DNA from: Promethearchaeota archaeon
GTDB taxonomy: Archaea > Asgardarchaeota > Lokiarchaeia > Sigyniarchaeales > SOKP01
Reading direction: 5' to 3'
Length of the DNA: 30,513 nt
Assembly: GCA_048939995.1 (NCBI GenBank)
Contig: JBHLOY010000019.1
Coordinates: 1-30,513, forward strand
The notes beneath the pieces were generated by a model that was not told where the DNA came from, searched no databases, and was given only the letters and a program-made list of their open reading frames with translations. Both the position numbers and the translations under genes were made by a program. Of this stretch, positions 17,292 to 25,852 are shown one piece after another (within the stretch, counting starts at the first letter, position 1; each line of letters opens with the position of its first letter).

Positions 17292-18749
17292 TTAGACATT
17301 ATCAGGATTCCAAAAAGATCTAACTCCTCGGAAATCCTTAAAATTCTTGATGTTATGCATGAGCATACTAATATATTTTATAGCACGATATTTATTAATT
17401 GTAGCTCTAAAGAGTGCCTTTGATAAATATTTAGGGTTCAGAAAAAATTCTCTAAACATTTTGAGAATTAAATTTGAAATTATTTTTGTTGGAACTCCAT
17501 TAGGATCTATATCTGAAACGCGAACTCCTTCCTCCCAAAAATTTTCTTCATTTATGAGATTTTTTTCCACCATTTCATCCCAAATATCGTTTCCAGGTGT
17601 CGCACCTAGAATATTGTAAAGTGGAAAATCGATATCTAATTTTTGAGCAAATTTTAACGTATTATAAATCTCATCAAAAGTCTCTCCTGGTGCTCCAACA
17701 ACAAAGGAACTAACAACAAAAGGTATTTTTGCCTTTCTAGCCTTCTTTACGGCTAAAATCGACTGAGCAGGTGTAATTTCTTTCCGGTAGTAATCAAGAA
17801 TCCTTTGGTTAGCACTCTCTACACCATAATATAGCGTTCTACAGTTGGCTAAACGCATTTCTCTTAGCATTTCATCAGATACTTGATTTACTCTTCCTTC
17901 ACAATACCAATTTATATCAATCTGATTCTTTCGCATTAACTTACAAAGCTTTATTACTTTTTTCTTTGAAACTGTAAAATTATCATCTACAAAAATAATT
18001 GATTTATATCCTTCATTCTCTAAATACTGAATTTCTTCTAATATATTCTCTATTGAGCGGGTTCTATATCCAACATTTCTTTTTCCATAGCAAAATGTAC
18101 ATTGATAGGGACATCCTCGAGAAGAAACAAATGATGCACTTTTTTCTGAAACCAATTCCATATTTCCATAGCTAACCCTATATCTAAAATTTAATGAATC
18201 TCTATCTGGAAAAGGCAATATATCAAGGTGTTTTATCAATTCACGCTTTTCATTTCTGATAATTCTTCCATTATTTCTATATGTTATTCCCCTAATGTCT
18301 TTTAAGGAGGTATTTTTCTCAAAAGCTTTAACTAATTCTAAAAAAGTATATTCTCCTTCATCTCTAATACAGATATCAACTTCTGGATATTTCTTTAAAA
18401 TTCTGTAATCATTAACTGTTGCATGACGATTTCCAAACGCAATTTTAACATTAGGATTCCAACTTTTCACTTCTTTTGCAGTCTCTGCGGCACTTATCCC
18501 TGATCCGGAAGTGGTTAAAGTAGAGAATCCTATAATACTTGGATCTATTTTCTTTACCCAGTTGACAATTTCTTTTAGGTTTAGACCCAATGCTGCTTGG
18601 TCAATTAAATCGACATCATAGTTCTCTTTCTTTAGTACAGCACTCACATAACACATACCTAAAGGAGGATAAAGATGATCCGCGTTTACGTGAAGTCTCC
18701 CCTTATCTATAATCTCGCCAGGTCCGGGGTTAATTAAAGCGATTTTAAA
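17292..18749 (-). CDS. B12-binding radical SAM protein, paralog 3 (start codon unresolved)
   Basis: The frame is intact from FKIALINPGPG (18749). The preceding codon is TAA (ATG GTG AAA TAA TTT AAA ATC), and the first downstream ATG is at 18656. SRGCPYQCTFC present. Confidence 0.75.
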   Translation of the reverse strand, partial: FKIALINPGPGEIIDKGRLHVNADHLYPPLGMCYVSAVLKKENYDVDLIDQAALGLNLKEIVNWVKKIDPSIIGFSTLTTSGSGISAAETAKEVKSWNPNVKIAFGNRHATVNDYRILKKYPEVDICIRDEGEYTFLELVKAFEKNTSLKDIRGITYRNNGRIIRNEKRELIKHLDILPFPDRDSLNFRYRVSYGNMELVSEKSASFVSSRGCPYQCTFCYGKRNVGYRTRSIENILEEIQYLENEGYKSIIFVDDNFTVSKKKVIKLCKLMRKNQIDINWYCEGRVNQVSDEMLREMRLANCRTLYYGVESANQRILDYYRKEITPAQSILAVKKARKAKIPFVVSSFVVGAPGETFDEIYNTLKFAQKLDIDFPLYNILGATPGNDIWDEMVEKNLINEENFWEEGVRVSDIDPNGVPTKIISNLILKMFREFFLNPKYLSKALFRATINKYRAIKYISMLMHNIKNFKDFRGVRSFWNPDNV

Positions 18750-18852
18750 TTATTTCACCATACAATTATAATTTTCGTTATTTTCTTACTTATTAATTAA
18801 ATTAAATTGCTTCCTATTTAAAAATACAAAAACAAGAAAAAAAATTAAAAAG

Positions 18853-19647
18853 TTATAATCCTTTTGGTCCATTCGTATAAATATCAAAAGCATCTTCCAC
18901 TGAGATGTTTTCATGTACTATTGCTCTGACTGCTTTAATCATCCCTATCGGACTGTCCGATTCAAAGATATTTCGCCCCATATCTACTCCAACAGCACCT
19001 TTATCAACAGCATTTTTAGCCATTTGTAAAGCGTCTCTTTCTTCAATCTTTTTCCCACCTGCTATAACAATTGGTGCCGGACAAATTGAAGTTACCTCTT
19101 CAAAATTATCACAATAATACGTCTTTACAAATGTTGCGCCCATCTCTGCAGCCATTCTACTTGCCATCCCAAGATAACGTGCATCTCTCACCATTTCGCG
19201 CCCAACTGCGGTTACTGCTAAAGTAGGAATTCCATATTGTTGTCCCCAATTGACTAATTTTGATAAATTCATAAGAGTTTGCTTTTCATACTCTCCTCCT
19301 ACAAAAATTGAACATGTTAAAGCAGAAACATTTAATCTTATAGCATCATCAACTGCAACATTAATTTCTTCATTTGAAAGTTCTTTTAACATACTTGCAC
19401 CCGCAGAAACTCTTAAAACTATGGGAACATTTACATCTGCTGGAACGCAATTTCTTAGCATTCCTCTAGTTAACATTAAGGCATCAGCATATTCAAATAA
19501 GGGTTTCATATCACTGAAACATTTTAACTGACCTGGAATATTCCCAAAATATCCATGATCAATAGCTAGCATAACACATCGTCCAGTTTTAGGTTTTATA
19601 ATTCTTGTGAAGCGGTTTTGAAACCCCCAATCACCTATTAACGTCAT
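18853..19647 (-). CDS. lsrF: LsrF-like thiolase / DhnA-type class I aldolase
   Basis: Motifs DWGFQNRFTRI...VMLAIDHGYF, AVTAVGREMVRDARY, GATFVKTYY (Schiff-base Lys), PIVIAGGKK, GVDMGRNIF. Confidence 0.85.
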   Translation of the reverse strand: MTLIGDWGFQNRFTRIIKPKTGRCVMLAIDHGYFGNIPGQLKCFSDMKPLFEYADALMLTRGMLRNCVPADVNVPIVLRVSAGASMLKELSNEEINVAVDDAIRLNVSALTCSIFVGGEYEKQTLMNLSKLVNWGQQYGIPTLAVTAVGREMVRDARYLGMASRMAAEMGATFVKTYYCDNFEEVTSICPAPIVIAGGKKIEERDALQMAKNAVDKGAVGVDMGRNIFESDSPIGMIKAVRAIVHENISVEDAFDIYTNGPKGL

Positions 19648-19725
19648 AATTATTCCCTCTTAATATATTTAATAGCATTTTTAAATTATTTTTATATATA
19701 AATTAATAATTGAATTTTATCTTTT

Positions 19726-20064
19726 CTATAAAAGACTTAAAAAGTCCTCTACTTTGTTTTTTATCTTAAAAGCTAATTTAGCAGAGTATCTTTGTTTAAT
19801 AAATTCTTTAATTAAATTTATTCGATAACGATTTGGTTTTGGAATCATCAACTCTCTTGCCATTTTCTTAATAATGCCTTGATCATCAACAAAAACAATG
19901 AAATGATGTTCTCTACAGACTCCACCTTGAGGAATCTGAACTTTAATAATACTAAATTTTTTTTGAATAAAGAGTTTTTCAGGAATCCCGATACTTTTCA
20001 CTGCAGAACACACTGGACAAGTTACTTGTATTTCTCTATAGGTTTCTTCCATTATAGTACTCAA
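19726..20064 (-). CDS. Small hypothetical protein with CxxC...CxxH putative Zn site; possibly internally shortened
   Basis: Motifs TCPVC, VCREHHFIVFVD. 112 aa. Confidence 0.6.
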   Translation of the reverse strand: MSTIMEETYREIQVTCPVCSAVKSIGIPEKLFIQKKFSIIKVQIPQGGVCREHHFIVFVDDQGIIKKMARELMIPKPNRYRINLIKEFIKQRYSAKLAFKIKNKVEDFLSLL

Positions 20065-20106
20065 TTAAATCATTCTTCTTAAATTAATATTTAGCATCCT
20101 TTATAT

Positions 20107-20829
20107 TTAAACGCTAATTCTGGTTAACAATTCTTCAAATTTTTCTTTCCAATTTGAATATCCAATTATATAATTATAACCACAAACTTTCTCTAGCTTT
20201 TTATTTCTAATTATTTCCCTTAATTTGAAAGCACCTTCTATAGTCTTTTTATAGGGCCCATAAGGATTAAATCTCATTCTCTCTTCAGAAAGAAATACAT
20301 AGTCACAAATGAAGAGTATATTTTCAAATACATAACATGTAAATCCAGGTGTGTGACCATTAATTTGGAAAGCCTTAATCCCCTCAAATTCAAAATCATC
20401 TGAAAATTTTTTGTCAAATGAATAATTTTTCACCAGAAAATTAGCTGTATCTGACTGATGAATCCAAATAAAAGCGGTATAATAATTTCTATATAAATTT
20501 GAAGCTCCTAAAAAATGATTATGGGTAAAAATTATCTTATCCATTCTTTCTATATCCACTTGAAAAGTAGAAGGACAATCAATCCAAATTCTTTGATTAC
20601 TATTTATACAATATGCTCTATGCTCTAATCCTAATGCGGGCGAGGAACGTAGGCTAGAAACCCGATTCGTGATCCTTTCCTCTACAATCCTATAATTCTC
20701 TGAACAAAATTCTGCGGTTATAAAATTTTCATTTTTTGCACCGCAGAAAGGACAATTCTGGGGGAAGTAACCAATTATATTATAACCGCATACTCTACAT
20801 ACATATTGCTCAATTCTAAAAATATTCAT
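20107..20829 (-). CDS. Rubredoxin-like domain fused to a degenerate metallo-beta-lactamase fold
   Basis: CRVCGY...CPFCGA, followed by FTHNHFLG, GHTPG and FICDY. Confidence 0.8.
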   Translation of the reverse strand: MNIFRIEQYVCRVCGYNIIGYFPQNCPFCGAKNENFITAEFCSENYRIVEERITNRVSSLRSSPALGLEHRAYCINSNQRIWIDCPSTFQVDIERMDKIIFTHNHFLGASNLYRNYYTAFIWIHQSDTANFLVKNYSFDKKFSDDFEFEGIKAFQINGHTPGFTCYVFENILFICDYVFLSEERMRFNPYGPYKKTIEGAFKLREIIRNKKLEKVCGYNYIIGYSNWKEKFEELLTRISV

Positions 20830-20941
20830 GAACTTTAAAGATATAAATTTTCGATTGAATCGCTTCTTATTTAATTTTAAATGTATTGAGAATTAATATT
20901 CTTTTAACATATTTAATTTTTTAATGCATCTTGGTGAAGTT

Positions 20942-22225
20942 ATGAAAATCGAGATTTCTAAGGAAGATTCTGATTATATGTATCATTTTGTGAAAAAAGT
21001 CATTGATGAATGCGGACCTAGAATGCCTTGTAGTCCTCCAGAAGCAAAGTGTGCTGAAATTATTGAAAGTGAACTTAAACAAACTTGTGATGAGGTCACC
21101 ATAGAATCTTTTATCTGTCAGCCAAGAGCATTCCTAGGATTTATAAAGATTATCATTATCTTAACTATAGTATCTTTAATTTTGTTTCTGTTAACATCTT
21201 TAAACCTAATATTCTATTGGGAGCAAATCCTTCTATTAATAATAGTAAGTCTTAATATCTTCAGTATTTTGATATTATGGAATGAATTTTTTAGCTACAA
21301 TGAATTTATTGATCCAATTTTTAAAAAAAAGCATTCTCAAAATGTAATCGGAAAGATAACTCCAGATGAAGAGGTAAAAAAAATCCTTATATTTTCTGCC
21401 CATCATGATAGTGCACTTCAATTTAACTTATTAACATATTTAAAAATTGGCTATATTGTTATTATTGTTCTAGGATTGTTTATTATGGTTTTTTGGTCAA
21501 TTTTATCTATAATTTTGCTTTTAATCTCATTAGTAGGATTATTATCATATACTAATTCAATTTTTTATGCAATTATTTTTTGGTTATTAATCTTAAGTAC
21601 CCCAATAATGATAGGATTATTCCTTTTCGTGCCCTTCGGTAATAAAGCAAATAAAGTACCTGGTGCTGTAGACAATTTAAGTGCTGTTGCCGTCATATTA
21701 GCTTTTGGTAAAATTCTCAAAAAAAATAGAAAATTGATACCTCCCAATACTGAAGTGCGGTTAATTTCATTTGGATGTGAAGAAGCAGGGTTAAGAGGGG
21801 CTTATAGATATGTAGAAGAGCATCTAAATGAATTAAGAATAGTTGATGCGGAGTGCATTAATATGGATGCGATTCAAAATAATAGTAAAATCTCAATTAT
21901 CGATTATGAGCCCACTACTAGGACAAGGCATTCAGATATAGTAGTTAAAAATCTAGTTAGGGGAGCTGAACACGCTAAATTAAATATAGTAAAGTCAGGG
22001 TTAGGAGGCTCAAGTAAAATGGAAAAAGTTATTGGACAACTAACAGGCGGCACAGACGCAACTGCTTTTTCTAAAGCTGGAATTAAAGCTGCAAGTATTA
22101 CCGCTATAGATCTAAAACAAATGCTCAAATTTTACCATCAACCATCAGATACTCCGGATAAAATCGAGAAGGGATCTCTAGAAAATGTATTGAAACTATG
22201 TATTGAATATCTTAAAATAAAGTGA
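20942..22225 (+). CDS. Membrane-embedded M28 family metallopeptidase
   Basis: Motifs SAHHDS, GAVDNLSAV, GCEEAGLRG, NMD, TDATAF, YHQPSDT, with two pairs of hydrophobic helices inserted. GGTGA RBS precedes ATG 20942. Confidence 0.88.
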   Translation: MKIEISKEDSDYMYHFVKKVIDECGPRMPCSPPEAKCAEIIESELKQTCDEVTIESFICQPRAFLGFIKIIIILTIVSLILFLLTSLNLIFYWEQILLLIIVSLNIFSILILWNEFFSYNEFIDPIFKKKHSQNVIGKITPDEEVKKILIFSAHHDSALQFNLLTYLKIGYIVIIVLGLFIMVFWSILSIILLLISLVGLLSYTNSIFYAIIFWLLILSTPIMIGLFLFVPFGNKANKVPGAVDNLSAVAVILAFGKILKKNRKLIPPNTEVRLISFGCEEAGLRGAYRYVEEHLNELRIVDAECINMDAIQNNSKISIIDYEPTTRTRHSDIVVKNLVRGAEHAKLNIVKSGLGGSSKMEKVIGQLTGGTDATAFSKAGIKAASITAIDLKQMLKFYHQPSDTPDKIEKGSLENVLKLCIEYLKIK

Positions 22226-22241
22226 AAAATAAATTTATAAT

Positions 22242-24836
22242 TTATAATTTATGATTCATTAATTTTCTTTTAATTAAACCAATAATTGCAACTACTGCTA
22301 GAATCAAAACCATTGGAATTAATCCTAACCCAAAAGTTAAATAAAAACTCACAACTGTGAAATTGGTTGTATTTAAGATAAAACTTTGGACAATAATATT
22401 TACAAAGTAATGGAGTGTAATAGTGGGTATCAAGCTTTCTGTTTTGACATAAATATATGCAAAAGATATACCAAGGCAAGTTGCATAAAATACTTGATTT
22501 AAAACTGAAAATAAATCACCTATCGTTAGTAAATTTACAAAATGCATTAGTCCAAAAAATACGCCACTCAAAATGATTGATGTTAATTTTGAGAATTTTC
22601 TAAGCTGAAGTCTTAAGATCACCCCCCGAAATGCAACTTCTTCCCAGATACCTGGTATTAACATCCAATAAAAGTGTACCCATATTGGATATCTTAAAAG
22701 AACTCCGAGATTTATAGTTAACACCCCAAAAAGCGAAAAAACTATGGTAGGTATGAGAAAAAGCAGAGCAGAGGATAAAAGAATCAAGATATTCATTCCT
22801 AAAGGTCTAACTTTAAAAAATCCAATTGTATTTGAATACTGTTTTAAGCTTTCCTTTCCATTTGGTAGTTTCATTCCTTTAGGAACTACTACAAAAAATA
22901 GTAGTATAAATACAGGAAAAATCAAAATAACATCTATAGTACGTAAGTAAAAATAGGAATCTTCAGGAGGTAATCCAAATAAGAATGGCAATATTGGCAA
23001 TTCAATAAAACCGACTAAATTTTGGAAAAGGAAATATAGAACCATTATAACAACAGCTCCAGCAAGAACATTTCTTCTCAATAATCCTCCTGTATAGTAA
23101 GTGGCTAATTCATTTTCCTTAGGAAACATCTTAGTGAAAACATAATATAATGAGCCCAAACCAACTATAGCAATGACTATTAAACCTATAATCATACCCA
23201 TTATACCATAAATTGCAAGTAAATTGAATTCAATAATTATTATCGCAAAATAGATTAATAATTCAGAACCAACTATTACTACCCACTTTAAGACTTTTCT
23301 TCCTTTATGTACCTCCTCAATAACATATTTATACTTCATTTTTCCAAAAAGGCTAATTTTTACTTCAAATGTATATAGCAATAAAATCCATGCTATAGGA
23401 ATTGTTAAGAGAAAAAGTACTAGTAATAATAATGATTGGGTCATGATCATTAGCACAATACCCATTAAACCGAGACCAATAGCTTGTATTGTTAGTGTCA
23501 GATAAATTTTTGCCCTTGCCTGTTCACGTGAAAGCAATGGTAAAGAAGATAAAATAGTGGATCCTGACTCTTCCATATTTAAAAAACCTGCAACAAGCAT
23601 AAAGGGTATGAATTGATTTACAGCAACAATAATAGACCATAAAATAATTATACTATCAATCGAACTTACTTCTTGAGTAATCACGTAACCCATACTTAAT
23701 ATTAAAATAACTGGATAAACAATGGGCATTATCATGAATATAAAACTCTGATAATCCCTTGTCGTTGAAATCAAATCCTTACGAATAAACGATTTTGTTG
23801 TTGATATTGTTTTTATTTCTATTGAAATTTCTTCTATAGATATTTTTCTCTTCTTAGGTTTTTCCATTTCGATTTCAGTTTTAGTTGCACTTTTTATTTG
23901 TTTTATAGCTACTCTATATAATAAGAAAGCTAATGCGATGGATAATGCAAAACCAATCATAGAAGTAAAAATAATATCTAATGGTATTGTACCAGGAGTT
24001 GTGAAAAAGGCCATAACGTAACTAATCCCAAATGGGTAAGGAATAAAACTTAAAATCCTATTTAATAGTAAAGCGGAGTCATTGGTAGGGAACATCAAAA
24101 AGAATGTGTCTATCGAATTCAATAACAACGTTAATATGAAACTGGTTCCAAAAGCCAATATAAAAAAACCACCCATAGTAACAATTCTTAAGAGATATGT
24201 TCTTTTTGAATTTACTTTTGATTCTGAAAATATATTTGCCATTTTCTGAGAAAGTATGATAAGAATACTAAAAGCAGAAACGGCATTAATTACAGAAGAC
24301 ACAAGACATATGAGGAATAGAACAAAATCTTGAGTCATTATAAGTAAGATTATTGGAAACCCAATAATCATGGTTATAATCGCTACATCCATATTTCGAA
24401 AAACAGTAACATATCCTAACTTTCTCAATTCTTTTTTTGAAAAAGGAAGTGTTTGTAACCATTTAAAAGCATTACCTGACATGAATGCACTTGTAGAAAA
24501 TAAACCCATGAGCAAAACATAAAGGATTGACATTATAAAAAAGATACTAAACACAAAACTATAAATAAATAATGTAGTTTCCGTTGGAGCTGATGGATGA
24601 TCTTCCGAAATACTAAGAAAACCAATAATAGTAATAGCTGGAAGAAATACAAAAAGAAAGCCATAAACAATCTTTAATACGAATAGCTGTTGCTTTACAG
24701 ACTTTTTATTTTTTTTATATTTTTCAAGGAGCTTTGCTTGATTTGCTCCAGCTGAATTCAGCTGAGACTCCATTAAAATCTCTAAATTTGGATACTTAGC
24801 TAAAGAATAATACTTACGGTTTATCTCTTCTTCCAT
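22242..24836 (-). CDS. ABC exporter permease-like protein fused to a C-terminal CPBP (CAAX/Abi) intramembrane protease
   Basis: About 575 aa polytopic permease region (WLQTLPFS, FIRKDLISTTRD, LSSLPL), then WEEVAFRG, FFGLMH and LHYFVN. Lies directly downstream of the ABC ATPase gene. Confidence 0.82.
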   Translation of the reverse strand: MEEEINRKYYSLAKYPNLEILMESQLNSAGANQAKLLEKYKKNKKSVKQQLFVLKIVYGFLFVFLPAITIIGFLSISEDHPSAPTETTLFIYSFVFSIFFIMSILYVLLMGLFSTSAFMSGNAFKWLQTLPFSKKELRKLGYVTVFRNMDVAIITMIIGFPIILLIMTQDFVLFLICLVSSVINAVSAFSILIILSQKMANIFSESKVNSKRTYLLRIVTMGGFFILAFGTSFILTLLLNSIDTFFLMFPTNDSALLLNRILSFIPYPFGISYVMAFFTTPGTIPLDIIFTSMIGFALSIALAFLLYRVAIKQIKSATKTEIEMEKPKKRKISIEEISIEIKTISTTKSFIRKDLISTTRDYQSFIFMIMPIVYPVILILSMGYVITQEVSSIDSIIILWSIIVAVNQFIPFMLVAGFLNMEESGSTILSSLPLLSREQARAKIYLTLTIQAIGLGLMGIVLMIMTQSLLLLVLFLLTIPIAWILLLYTFEVKISLFGKMKYKYVIEEVHKGRKVLKWVVIVGSELLIYFAIIIIEFNLLAIYGIMGMIIGLIVIAIVGLGSLYYVFTKMFPKENELATYYTGGLLRRNVLAGAVVIMVLYFLFQNLVGFIELPILPFLFGLPPEDSYFYLRTIDVILIFPVFILLFFVVVPKGMKLPNGKESLKQYSNTIGFFKVRPLGMNILILLSSALLFLIPTIVFSLFGVLTINLGVLLRYPIWVHFYWMLIPGIWEEVAFRGVILRLQLRKFSKLTSIILSGVFFGLMHFVNLLTIGDLFSVLNQVFYATCLGISFAYIYVKTESLIPTITLHYFVNIIVQSFILNTTNFTVVSFYLTFGLGLIPMVLILAVVAIIGLIKRKLMNHKL

Positions 24837-24842
24837 CCTATC

Positions 24843-25655
24843 TCAATTCTCCTTATATTTCTTCTTATATGAGGTTCTTAATCTCTTTACAATCTCATCT
24901 ACAGAGGTATCTTGCTCTGTAAGTCTAAGGAAAACATCCTCTAAACTAGCTCCTAATCTATCAGCTTGTTGGCGTAATTCATCAACGGTCCCTATCCCTA
25001 CCATCTTGCCCTTGTTTATAATACCTATTCTATCACAGAGTTCTTGAGCAATTTCCATAATATGTGTAGAAAATAGAACAGCTCCACCATGTTGTGTATG
25101 TAATTCAAGAATTTCTTTTACAACTTTTACAGATTTAGCATCTAATCCTGAGAGTGGTTCATCTAGAATTAATAGATCAGGTTCATGGAGTATTGCAGCT
25201 ATGACCTGAATTTTTTGTTTATTACCATGGCTTAAAGTAGCAATTAATTGCTCATAATACTCCATAGCTTCTAAACTTTCTAAATATTCTCGCGCTTTTT
25301 CAGCAGTTTCTTCCTCATCTAACCCTCTAATTGAAGCAATAAAGTTAAATAAATCTTTTGGTGTGAGGGACTTAAAGATTAACGGTTCTTCTGAAACATA
25401 TCCTACCTGACGTTTAATTTGAACCTCATCACGTTCTGGATTTAATCCAAAAATACTCATTTCACCTTCTAAAGGCTCTAATAATCCCAATAATAATTTA
25501 ATTGTAGTAGTTTTTCCTGCACCGTTCGGTCCTAATAATCCAAAAACTTCTCCCGCTTCAACATTAAAAGAAATTCCATTTACAGCTTTAACTTCTCCAA
25601 AATACTTTTTTAAATTTTCAACCTTAACTACAACATTATTTATCATATTTATCAT
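24843..25655 (-). CDS. ABC transporter ATP-binding protein
   Basis: Motifs GPNGAGKTT, LSHGNKQK, LILDEP, STH. Confidence 0.95.
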   Translation of the reverse strand: MINMINNVVVKVENLKKYFGEVKAVNGISFNVEAGEVFGLLGPNGAGKTTTIKLLLGLLEPLEGEMSIFGLNPERDEVQIKRQVGYVSEEPLIFKSLTPKDLFNFIASIRGLDEEETAEKAREYLESLEAMEYYEQLIATLSHGNKQKIQVIAAILHEPDLLILDEPLSGLDAKSVKVVKEILELHTQHGGAVLFSTHIMEIAQELCDRIGIINKGKMVGIGTVDELRQQADRLGASLEDVFLRLTEQDTSVDEIVKRLRTSYKKKYKEN

Positions 25656-25852
25656 TCATTTTACTTACTTTATATGATTTCACATTCAATGATTATTTAT
25701 TAAAATATGTAAATATATTTTTCAATATATCAAAAGTTATTTAAATGTTTCGACATGAACCATGTATTTTTTAAACTACTACTTTTGAGATTTTTCCCTA
25801 CTTATTTGAGATATTCAGAAATATCTAAATATATATATTTAATTAAGAGATA

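Larger units (their letters stand above)
14297..18752 (-). repeat. Tandem gene triplication with ~1.5-kb unit
   Basis: Stop codons at 14297, 15792 and 17292 (periods 1495 and 1500). The proteins are colinear and equal in length, and all end in SFWNP. Confidence 0.9.

Noticed and set aside
17253-17294. TAA readthrough fusing radical SAM paralogs 3 and 2 (same frame, single stop) or TAA recoding at 18750
   Set aside because: TAA terminates most genes here, paralog 2 itself ends at the equivalent TAA, and a 13-codon open spacer can occur by chance.
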